This document shows positions 17,785 through 25,742 of a DNA stretch of 32,000 bases, piece after piece. Below the pieces are notes generated by a model. It did not search any database, was not told where the DNA came from, and was given only the letters and a program-made list of their open reading frames with translations. The translations under genes and the position numbers were made by a program. How positions within the stretch are numbered: position 1 is the first letter of the stretch; every line of letters begins with the position of its first letter. The DNA is from Tannockella kyphosi (lineage in GTDB: Bacteria; Bacillota_I; Bacilli_A; Erysipelotrichales; Coprobacillaceae): the NCBI RefSeq assembly GCF_021054785.1, contig NZ_CP088239.1, forward strand, positions 600,001 to 632,000, read 5' to 3'.

Positions 17785-19584
17785 ATGAAAGATAATAAAA
17801 AATTATTTCAAATATATACAATTGTTTGGATTGTATTCTTTCTTGTACTAGTTGCTACCTTATTTAGAATGTATGGGGATGAACATATTATTAATTATAC
17901 TGGTATTGTGAGAGGGTGTACTCAAAAAGTTATTTTAGGTGAAACACAAGGTATTGAGGATGATGAGCTAATAGCTTATGTAGATCAAGTTATTTATGAT
18001 TTACAATCAGCTGAGGAATATAGTTCTTTTGATCTTCAGGATACTTATTATCAAGAACAACTTATTTATATTGATGATTTATGGTGTCAGATAAAAGAAG
18101 AGATTGAAGTTATTCGTTTAGAAGGAAGTTCTAATGATATTTATACGATTAGTCTTTTGCATTATGAAATATCTGATGATTTAGCTCATTATGTGGAAGA
18201 TACTTCAGCTAAAGAATTAAGTGAGTTTTTTTATTTGTTTGGAATATCTTTTGGGTTTGCGATTGTTTTATTAATTTCTTTGTTTTATCATAATCGTAAT
18301 AATTTGAATAAAATAGCAATGAAGGATAGTTTAACAAATATTTATAGTAGAGATGGATTTTCAAAACAATCGAAACATCTACTACAAAATTCATCAAAAG
18401 AACAATATGTTGTACTAGCTATCGATATTGTTGATTTTAAAATATATAATCATCGTTTAGGTCATAGTTTTGGAGATGAGATACTTTGTTTGATAGCTAG
18501 TTGTCTAGAAGAATTTGTAGGTCAAAATGGAATATGTTCCAGAATTAATGGTGATAACTTTAAGGTTTTTATTATAAAAAGAGATCATATGATAGAGGAT
18601 ATTAATACATATATAGTAGAAAAAATGCGTGAAAAAGGATTTTTGATGCTTGCCAAGGATATTCATTTTATATATAGTGCTTATGAGATTATTGATAATA
18701 CAGAAGAAATAGAAGAAATATTAGGAAAAGTAAATTTAGCTCATTCTTATGCAAAAATAATGAATGCGAGAGAAGTAGTTTGGTATGATAGTTCTTTTAT
18801 TAATCAAGTGCAACAAGAAGATGATTATACTTCTCGATTTAATGAAGCTATTGTAAATAAAGAATTTAAAATCTATTTACAACCTCAACTAAATCTAGAA
18901 ACAATGCAAATTAATGCAGCAGAAGCATTAGTTAGATGGGAAGTAGAAGAGGGAAAGATTATTTTTCCTGATTCATTTATTCCTTTGTATGAAGGGAAAG
19001 GACTTATTCCTTTATTAGATTATTATATTTTAGAAGAAGTTTGTAGTTATCTTCAAGAGATTATGCTAGAACATCAAACATTTAGTATTGCGATTAACTT
19101 TTCTAGACTAACGTTAAGTACGGATCATTTTGTTACTTCTTTTTTAGAAATAGTAGAAAAGTATGGAATAGATGCATCTTGTATTGAAATAGAAATCACA
19201 GAAACATCATTAAATGAATTAAGTAATGAAGTCATTGAACAATTAGAAATACTTTCTAACAAAGGTTTCAAAATTGCAATGGATGATTTTGGGGCAGGAT
19301 TCTCTAATTTGTGTTCTTTAACAGATATACCACTTAATATCCTTAAATTAGATAAACAATTTTTATGGAAAATGGATAGTTCAGGAAGTGTATCGGAAAT
19401 TATAGAGAGTGTTGTTAAAATGGCACATAATTTAGATTTAAAAGTAATATGTGAGGGTGTTGAAACAAAAAAACACTTATCATATTTAAGAACAGTTGGA
19501 TGTGATATAGCTCAAGGATATTTTATTAGTAGGGCAATACCAACAAAAGAATTTACAGAAAAATATCTTAGCACTAAAAAATAG
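17785..19584 (+). CDS. Membrane-anchored GGDEF(degenerate)-EAL protein, probable c-di-GMP phosphodiesterase
   Basis: Two TMs flank a ~120-aa outside loop. GGDEF-domain blocks DSLTNIYSRDGF and DIVDFKIYNHRLGHSFGD are present, but the signature reads NGDNF (nt 18547-18561). EAL-domain residues are intact: EALVRW (18922-18930), NFS, EITE, DDFGAGFS, KLDK, EGVET, QGYF. Confidence 0.9.
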   Translation: MKDNKKLFQIYTIVWIVFFLVLVATLFRMYGDEHIINYTGIVRGCTQKVILGETQGIEDDELIAYVDQVIYDLQSAEEYSSFDLQDTYYQEQLIYIDDLWCQIKEEIEVIRLEGSSNDIYTISLLHYEISDDLAHYVEDTSAKELSEFFYLFGISFGFAIVLLISLFYHNRNNLNKIAMKDSLTNIYSRDGFSKQSKHLLQNSSKEQYVVLAIDIVDFKIYNHRLGHSFGDEILCLIASCLEEFVGQNGICSRINGDNFKVFIIKRDHMIEDINTYIVEKMREKGFLMLAKDIHFIYSAYEIIDNTEEIEEILGKVNLAHSYAKIMNAREVVWYDSSFINQVQQEDDYTSRFNEAIVNKEFKIYLQPQLNLETMQINAAEALVRWEVEEGKIIFPDSFIPLYEGKGLIPLLDYYILEEVCSYLQEIMLEHQTFSIAINFSRLTLSTDHFVTSFLEIVEKYGIDASCIEIEITETSLNELSNEVIEQLEILSNKGFKIAMDDFGAGFSNLCSLTDIPLNILKLDKQFLWKMDSSGSVSEIIESVVKMAHNLDLKVICEGVETKKHLSYLRTVGCDIAQGYFISRAIPTKEFTEKYLSTKK

Positions 19585-19592
19585 CGATATGA

Positions 19593-19623
19593 AAACCACA
19601 CCCATTATTGGATGTGGTTTTAT
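19593..19623. terminator. Bidirectional terminator between the GGDEF-EAL gene and manA
   Basis: AAACCACACCC (19593-19603) pairs with GGATGTGGTTT (19610-19620) with one mismatch; loop ATTATT; T-run after. Confidence 0.75.
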
Positions 19624-19627
19624 AGCG

Positions 19628-20572
19628 TTATTTTTTGTTTACATAGCCAACTAGTAATCGAACATTTCCTTTCACTGTAAATGGTTTAGTGCTAATAGGA
19701 ACAAACATACTTTGAGTATAGTTCATTTCTATACTTTCACCAGCACATTCTACTATTCCACTACCATTAACAAATGTAATAGTCATAAATATGTCATTAT
19801 TTGTATCAAATGTTATTTCATCAACTACATCATAGATATCTACATGGAAGAATTCACTATCACAGAGTGTCTTCTTAGTCGTTTTATCATGTTTGATAAA
19901 AGGATTACTGATTTTTTCTGTTCTTTTTGTTAAATCAACCACATCAAAGCTTTTTTCTAAATGCAATTGCCTACCATTACCATTTGCATCTTTGCGATTA
20001 TAATCATAGAAACGATAAGTAGTATTCGAATTAGTTCCTATTTCAATAGCAAAAATATTAGCTCCTAAAGCATGTAACATGGTTTCATCAATATAAATAA
20101 AATCTCCTTTTTCTATTGGAACCTTGCGTAAATATTGTTCTAAATTACCTTCTTTGATTGCTTTTTTTATGATGTTAGGATCATCACACAAAGTACCAGC
20201 AACTAAAGTAGCACCAGCTTCTGCTTCTAGAATATACCATGATTCAGTTTTCCCATTATCATTATCATGTTTTCTAGCATAATCATGATGTGGATGAACT
20301 TGAATTGATAGATCATCTTTTGCATCTAAATATGCAACACGAAGCATATCTTCTAATTCAAAATCACCAATCATTGCTTCTTTATGATCTTCTATCATTT
20401 CCAATAAATTTTTACCAGCATATTTTCCATTAAGAATAATGTTTTGACAGTAAGGGTGAGCACTTACTTCCCAAGCAGTTCCATAACCATCTTCTTTGTT
20501 TCTTATTGTTGTTAACTTATTATTAGCCCAAATAGTTTTATCATAAATAGACTTCATTTTTAATGGATACAT
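19628..20572 (-). CDS. manA: Class I mannose-6-phosphate isomerase (cupin) family protein
   Basis: The MYPLKMKS N-terminus is typical of Firmicute type I PMI. Zn-ligand blocks are LSIQVHP and ESWYILE, with a later HALG. ATG 20572 has a good SD (GGAGAA); the 9-codon extension to 20599 would overlap deoC and lacks an SD. Confidence 0.8.
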   Translation of the reverse strand: MYPLKMKSIYDKTIWANNKLTTIRNKEDGYGTAWEVSAHPYCQNIILNGKYAGKNLLEMIEDHKEAMIGDFELEDMLRVAYLDAKDDLSIQVHPHHDYARKHDNDNGKTESWYILEAEAGATLVAGTLCDDPNIIKKAIKEGNLEQYLRKVPIEKGDFIYIDETMLHALGANIFAIEIGTNSNTTYRFYDYNRKDANGNGRQLHLEKSFDVVDLTKRTEKISNPFIKHDKTTKKTLCDSEFFHVDIYDVVDEITFDTNNDIFMTITFVNGSGIVECAGESIEMNYTQSMFVPISTKPFTVKGNVRLLVGYVNKK

Positions 20573-20585
20573 ATTTTCTCCATCC

Positions 20586-21272
20586 TTATTGATCAGCAAG
20601 GAATCCTGCTAATATTTCCCTAGAAGAACTTGTTCCTATTCTTGTTGCTCCTAATTCAATCATTTGTTTACATGTAGCCCAATCTCTAATACCTCCAGCA
20701 GCTTTTACCTGACAAGCACCATCTACTGTTTTCACCATTAATGCTACATCTTCCAAAGTAGCTCCACCAGTTCCAAAACCAGTACTAGTTTTAATAAAAT
20801 CTGGTTTCACTTCTTTTGCAATTAATGCAACTTCTTTGATTTCTTCTTTCGTTAGATAACAGTTTTCAAATATTACTTTACATAATATATTTTTTGCTTT
20901 GCAAGCTGCTACTATTTGAGTCATCTCCTCTTTAATATAATCATATTGTCCTGCTTTTACTTTTCCTACATTCATAACATAATCAATTTCATCAGCACCA
21001 TCTTCAATAGCTTGTTTTATTTCAAATACTTTTGATGCAATTGTTGTTTGCCCTAAAGGAAAAGCAATAGCAGCACCAACATGAACATCACAATCTTTTA
21101 AATACTCTTTACATACTGACACAGGGTAAGAATTAATGGCAACCATTGCTGTTCCCATTTCTTTAGCATCCTTACATAGTGCTCTTAAATCATCATCAGT
21201 AGCAAAAGCTTTTAATAATGTATGATCAAAAAACTTCGCTAATTGCTTCTCATTTTCAATTTTAATACTCAT
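20586..21272 (-). CDS. deoC: Deoxyribose-phosphate aldolase
   Basis: 228 aa. It shows FDHTLLK, the DYVMN block, the Schiff-base lysine context FIKTSTGF, and VKAAGGIR. A strong SD AAGGAGGG is present. Confidence 0.93.
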   Translation of the reverse strand: MSIKIENEKQLAKFFDHTLLKAFATDDDLRALCKDAKEMGTAMVAINSYPVSVCKEYLKDCDVHVGAAIAFPLGQTTIASKVFEIKQAIEDGADEIDYVMNVGKVKAGQYDYIKEEMTQIVAACKAKNILCKVIFENCYLTKEEIKEVALIAKEVKPDFIKTSTGFGTGGATLEDVALMVKTVDGACQVKAAGGIRDWATCKQMIELGATRIGTSSSREILAGFLADQ

Positions 21273-21546
21273 TATTATCCCTCCTTAAATGTAACTACAT
21301 TATAACATACAAGATAGGATAGTCAATCTATCTTCATGACAGATAACTATCGCTATTAAAAAGATATCAGTAGTTTTTTTTATATTGCTTAAGTGGTATA
21401 GTATATATAAGCACAATAGCTACATGTTTAAATAATATCTAAATAGAGATATAGTTATTCTTTAAGAAATTGATGTTATTTTAACAGTGAGCTTTTTAAT
21501 AAAAGGTTCTTAGAAATCATACATAAAAGGGGAGAGGAATAAGAAT

Positions 21547-23466
21547 ATGGGCAAACGTAAAATAATATTAATAATTAATGGGGTCTTATTTTTAGGACTA
21601 GTTATTTTTACATATGGAACTATTTTAACACTATTAAATGATGATTCGATTTCTATTAGTGATAAAAATGAAATTGCTTATATTGACTTTTCAACGGAAG
21701 TAGTTGAATTGCAAAGCGATATTTTTGAATGGTATCCTAGTGTATTATACACAAGTGAAGATTTTGAATATGATGTAATTGCAATCGCAGATGATGATGC
21801 ATTATATGGAACATATCGAGTCACTTTGGATTTAGAAGAAGGCGAAACATATATGATAGCTGGACAAAGTGCTGACTATGCTCAAAATGTATGGATTAAC
21901 GGAGAACTTTTGTCACAGGTAGGTGTTGTTAGTGATAATGTTGATGACTTTGTAGCTGAGAAAACAGAGTATTCTATTACATTTGTTGCAGGTGAGGAAG
22001 AAGTTGAGATTATTATTCAAAGTGCTTATTTTAACCATGTTAATGGCGCAGTAGAGTCATTGTACCTAGGGGATCCAGATTTAGTGGTGGATTTAACAGT
22101 AACTTATTATATGCATGAAACTTATATTTTAGGAGCTTTAGCTTCGATAGGATTATTTTTTATAGGAATGTATGCTTTCTATTATAAGGATGTTAGTTTA
22201 TTATTCTTTGGTCTTGCTTGTTTTGCTGTATCATTAAAAACAGCATTGTATGGAAATTCGATTATGTTAATATCACCATCATTAAATTGGTATCTTGGAC
22301 ATCGGTTAGAGTGGATTTCGGTATTTGCTTATTTTTTCTGTTTATTTATGTACTTAGATGCAGTATTTCATTGGATGATTAATAAAATAGCAATGATAAT
22401 AGGTTTATCTATATTAGTGGGATTATCTATGTTCTATATGGTTACTCCTTCTTATATATATTCTAGTTATTTAAGTGAAATGGTAGTAGTATTAACATTA
22501 ACTATTTTATTTTTACTTGCAAATGGAGTTTATACATTTATAAAATATGATGGTCTTAAAACAAAAACTCAATTTTTAACTCTACTTTCTGTTATTCTTT
22601 TATCTTTGGCAGCCGGATTAGAACGTTTATTATATCCAAATATAGTTATTAATATTTTAGCACCTACAACCTTAGTAGTAATCTTTATTAATGCAATCAT
22701 TTTTACTTTTAGTTTTACTAACACAGATAAGCAATTATTTATTGCCTCTCAAAAAGAGGCAGAGATTAATAGTAGAAATAATATGTTAGAGAACTTGAAT
22801 TTACTAAAAAATGACTATATGAATACAATAGCTCATGAATTAAAAACTCCTCTAGCGGTTATTACTGGATACTCTCAATTAACGCAATTGCAAATCAATG
22901 AAAATAAAATTAATGAGGAAACAATAGCAAATTTAAAAACAATATCCAATGAAGCAATGCGTTTGTCAAACTTGGTTTCTAAATTATTAACAGTAACATT
23001 AGATGCACATTCTTCAACAGAAAAAACAAAACAAAACTTATATCAATTAATAGAAGAAATGTCCACTATTTTAAAGCCTATTTTAGTTAAAAAAGGGAAT
23101 ATTATTATTAATGATATTGAAGCTGATATTAATGTTAGAATTAATTATGAAATGATTTTACAAGTTTATATCAATTTGGCAGTAAATGCGAATCGACATT
23201 CTAAATCAAGTGTTATTACTTTTAGTAATGATTCAGTAATTGATAATAGGGTATTAGTTCGTGTGGTTGATACGGGAACAGGAATTAGCGAAGAAATTCT
23301 ACCACATATCTTTGAAAAAGGATTTAGTCATGATGGTAGCAGTGGTCTAGGTTTAGCAATTTGTCGTGATATTGTAGAAATGCATAAAGGCGAATTACAG
23401 GTAGAAAAGACAGGTCCATTAGGTACAAGTTTTGCTTTTACATTACCGATATATATTGATGAGTAG
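21547..23466 (+). CDS. Sensor histidine kinase with 7TM-receptor (7TMR-DISM-like) input module
   Basis: An N-terminal anchor and a ~165-aa extracytoplasmic domain precede seven consecutive hydrophobic helices (aa ~195-400). Then come H box IAHELKTPLAVITGY, N box NLAVNANRH, G1 DTGTG and G2 GSSGLGL. Confidence 0.88.
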   Translation: MGKRKIILIINGVLFLGLVIFTYGTILTLLNDDSISISDKNEIAYIDFSTEVVELQSDIFEWYPSVLYTSEDFEYDVIAIADDDALYGTYRVTLDLEEGETYMIAGQSADYAQNVWINGELLSQVGVVSDNVDDFVAEKTEYSITFVAGEEEVEIIIQSAYFNHVNGAVESLYLGDPDLVVDLTVTYYMHETYILGALASIGLFFIGMYAFYYKDVSLLFFGLACFAVSLKTALYGNSIMLISPSLNWYLGHRLEWISVFAYFFCLFMYLDAVFHWMINKIAMIIGLSILVGLSMFYMVTPSYIYSSYLSEMVVVLTLTILFLLANGVYTFIKYDGLKTKTQFLTLLSVILLSLAAGLERLLYPNIVINILAPTTLVVIFINAIIFTFSFTNTDKQLFIASQKEAEINSRNNMLENLNLLKNDYMNTIAHELKTPLAVITGYSQLTQLQINENKINEETIANLKTISNEAMRLSNLVSKLLTVTLDAHSSTEKTKQNLYQLIEEMSTILKPILVKKGNIIINDIEADINVRINYEMILQVYINLAVNANRHSKSSVITFSNDSVIDNRVLVRVVDTGTGISEEILPHIFEKGFSHDGSSGLGLAICRDIVEMHKGELQVEKTGPLGTSFAFTLPIYIDE

Positions 23467-23538
23467 ATTAAATTCGGATGAATAAATACTTGAATAATCA
23501 TCAAAACAGGTATACGATATAAAAATAGGGGTGATTGT

Positions 23539-24207
23539 ATGGCTAAAATATTATTAGTAGAAGATAACTTAGATATTATGAATTTTAATACTTCTTTATT
23601 AACTATGAAAGGATACGAAGTTCTGTGTGCGACTACTCTCAAGAAATGTGGAGAGTTATTATCTTTTCATCAAGTTGACTTAATTGTCTTAGACATTATG
23701 TTGCCAGATGGAAATGGTTTAGATTATTGTAAGGTGATTAAAGAAAAAACAAATACACCAATATTAATGTTAAGTGCATTGGGAGAAAATAAAGATGTTA
23801 TTGCTGGATTGAAAGCAGGGGGAGATGATTATTTAGCAAAGCCCTATGATTTTGAAATATTTCTAGCAAGAATAGAAGCAAGATTAAGATCTGTAGAAAC
23901 TCAAAATCGCTTTATTTATTTTGGAAACCTAAAGTTAGATACAGAATCGATGACTGCTAATTTAGAAGGTGAAGATTTATATCTTACTAAAAAAGAATTT
24001 TCTGTTTTATTAGTATTAGCCAAGAATCCTAATTCTATTGTAGATAAAGAGAAACTTTATGAATCGGTATGGGGTGTTCCAATGTCAGGAGATAGTAGTG
24101 CTTTATGGACTGTTATTTCGAGATTAAAGAAAAAACTAAATGCAGAATTATCTGGTGTCACTATCTCTTTACAACGTTCAGAAGGCTATATTTTAGAAAA
24201 ATTTTAA
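23539..24207 (+). CDS. OmpR/PhoB-family response regulator
   Basis: Receiver features: ILLVEDN, LIVLDIMLPDGNG, MLSA, KPY. The winged-helix C-terminus reads LYLTKKEFSVLLVL...ISRLKKKL...GYIL. Confidence 0.92.
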   Translation: MAKILLVEDNLDIMNFNTSLLTMKGYEVLCATTLKKCGELLSFHQVDLIVLDIMLPDGNGLDYCKVIKEKTNTPILMLSALGENKDVIAGLKAGGDDYLAKPYDFEIFLARIEARLRSVETQNRFIYFGNLKLDTESMTANLEGEDLYLTKKEFSVLLVLAKNPNSIVDKEKLYESVWGVPMSGDSSALWTVISRLKKKLNAELSGVTISLQRSEGYILEKF

Positions 24208-24213
24208 TATATG

Positions 24214-24248
24214 AAACCAAACTTACAAATTTGCAAGTTTGGTTTTTT
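24214..24248 (+). terminator. Strong rho-independent terminator separating the two-component genes from the sipW operon
   Basis: AAACCAAACTT (24214-24224) pairs perfectly with AAGTTTGGTTT (24235-24245), followed by T-run 24243-24248. Confidence 0.85.
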
Positions 24249-24292
24249 GTTGCTTTTTTTAAAGTATAGTATGTGTAACGAAGGCAGATAAT

Positions 24293-24315
24293 GTTTATAA
24301 ACTTGAGTTTATAAC
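24293..24315 (+). promoter_or_regulatory. Repeated GTTTATAA(A)C motif in the sipW leader; candidate operator
   Basis: GTTTATAAAC (24293-24302, itself a perfect 10-bp palindrome) and GTTTATAAC (24307-24315) end 1 nt before the SD AAGGGAGG (24317-24324). Confidence 0.25.
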
Positions 24316-24332
24316 TAAGGGAGGTGGTTAAA

Positions 24333-24869
24333 TTGCATTATATAAAGCGAATTTATAACTGCATATCATCTATTATGTTAGTTTGTTTACTCTTACTTCT
24401 ATTTTTATTAATAGGAGTGAGGTTGTTTGGTTATTACCCTTATGTTGTATTATCTGGCAGCATGGAGCCGTTATATCAAACAGGATCTATGGTCTATGTA
24501 GAAGAAGTAACAGCAGAAGAAATTGAAGTAGGAGATGTTATTACTTTCTATATGATAGATAACGCAACTATAGTAACTCATCAAGTAATAGAAATAGATG
24601 AAATAAATGGATATTATTATACTCAAGGCTTAGCCAATGAAACAGCAGATGGATTACCAACAACAATAGAAAGTATTATTGGTAAATCAAGCTTTTCTAT
24701 CCCATATCTTGGGTTTATCGTAGCATATTTAACAACACCACCATGGAGCTACATCTTAATAGGATTAGTGTTGATGTGGATGATAGGTGTTCATATGATT
24801 GATCTTTGGGAGAAAGATAAAAAAGAAAACATGAATCAACTAAATAGAAAAGATTTAAAAGTGTATTAA
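24333..24869 (+). CDS. sipW: Signal peptidase I, SipW (ER/archaeal, S26B) type
   Basis: N-terminal TM; Ser box VLSGSMEP (24453-24470); His box VTHQV (24576-24587); C-terminal TM anchor WSYILIGLVLMWMIGV. TTG 24333 lies 8 nt after the SD AAGGGAGG, whereas the tracked GTG 24324 overlaps the SD. Confidence 0.85.
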   Translation: MHYIKRIYNCISSIMLVCLLLLLFLLIGVRLFGYYPYVVLSGSMEPLYQTGSMVYVEEVTAEEIEVGDVITFYMIDNATIVTHQVIEIDEINGYYYTQGLANETADGLPTTIESIIGKSSFSIPYLGFIVAYLTTPPWSYILIGLVLMWMIGVHMIDLWEKDKKENMNQLNRKDLKVY

Positions 24870-24911
24870 GAAATAATAGGGAATGGTTCCGACAAGAAAG
24901 AGGAGAAAAAA

Positions 24912-25709
24912 ATGAGAAAATATGCAAAACCAATTACAGCGTTATGTTTAGTGGTGTTATTAACGATAGGAGCTACAATAGCTTACTTAACAGATCAAAC
25001 AGATGAAATTACAAATAGCTTTACAGTAGGAGAAAATGTAGATATTGAATTAGTAGAAACAGATAATGATTATAGTTTAATACCAGGTGAAACTTTCACA
25101 AAAGACCCAACAATCTCAGTTACAGGGGATGATGCATATATCTTTGTAGAAGTAATTGAAACACTGCCAACTGCAGCATTAAATAATGATGAATTCTCAT
25201 TTGCTGATTATGTAACTTATGAAATTAATGGTTCATTTTTAGTAGATCCGTTAGTTGAAGGGGGTTCATTCTATGCTGGAGGATATACAGCTGATGCTAT
25301 AACAACAAATTGGTATTGGAGTTTAGTTAAAACTTCTGCTTCAACTGTAAGTTATTACGAAGGAGAAGCGGGTGATACTTATACAACAATTACTTATGTA
25401 TATGCTTTAGTAGATGGAGATGGATATTTACTTTCAGTTTCAAGTTTAGATCAGATGACTAATCTAGACGAATTAACAAACACTACTGATTTGTATGTTG
25501 CAGCTGAGTTTCCAATTTTATTAGATGATGAAGTAACTATCAATGATAAATTAACGCAAGCAATGCTTAATTTACTGCTAAATAATAATACAACTGAAGA
25601 TAATACGGACACTCATACAGTAGACTTATCATTTATAGGATATGCTATTCAAAGTGATAACATTCTAAATACGGAAAATTTAGAAATAGTATTTAGTTAT
25701 ATAAAATAA
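24912..25709 (+). CDS. TasA/camelysin-like exported protein with SipW-cognate signal peptide (paralog 1)
   Basis: The N-terminus MRKYAKPITALCLVVLLTIGATIAYLTDQTDEITNSFTVGENVDIELVE matches the h-region plus A-Y-x-T-D...N-x-F pattern of TasA/CalY-class SipW substrates. It also shows LIPGETFTKDPTISV and DDAYIFVEV blocks. It lies immediately after sipW. Confidence 0.75.
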   Translation: MRKYAKPITALCLVVLLTIGATIAYLTDQTDEITNSFTVGENVDIELVETDNDYSLIPGETFTKDPTISVTGDDAYIFVEVIETLPTAALNNDEFSFADYVTYEINGSFLVDPLVEGGSFYAGGYTADAITTNWYWSLVKTSASTVSYYEGEAGDTYTTITYVYALVDGDGYLLSVSSLDQMTNLDELTNTTDLYVAAEFPILLDDEVTINDKLTQAMLNLLLNNNTTEDNTDTHTVDLSFIGYAIQSDNILNTENLEIVFSYIK

Positions 25710-25742
25710 AACATTGAAAATATAGAAGAAAGGAGTGGCAAA

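Noticed and set aside
18209-18397. 62-aa minus-strand ORF
   Set aside because: It is antisense to the GGDEF-EAL gene.
19712-19933. 73-aa + strand ORF
   Set aside because: It is antisense to manA.
20573-20599. 9-codon extension of manA overlapping deoC
   Set aside because: It has no SD. GGAGAA precedes ATG 20572, and MYPLK is the usual PMI N-terminus.
21273-21546. 274-nt intergenic region upstream of the 7TM kinase, examined for a riboswitch (for example c-di-GMP), small ORF or clear promoter
   Set aside because: It is too AT-rich, with no conserved GC-rich helices of known riboswitch classes. The only mini-ORFs (7 codons or fewer) lack an SD. The one extended -10 candidate (TGgTATAGT, 21394-21402) lacks a -35, so no call was made.
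23328-23642. 104-aa minus-strand ORF spanning the kinase/regulator junction
   Set aside because: It is antisense to two supported genes.
24324-24332. GTG 24324 as the sipW start
   Set aside because: This GTG is part of the SD AAGGGAGG(TG). TTG 24333 has proper 8-nt spacing. Uncertainty remains, since 3 codons differ.
24715-24933. 72-aa minus-strand ORF
   Set aside because: It is antisense to the sipW 3' end and the SD of the next gene.
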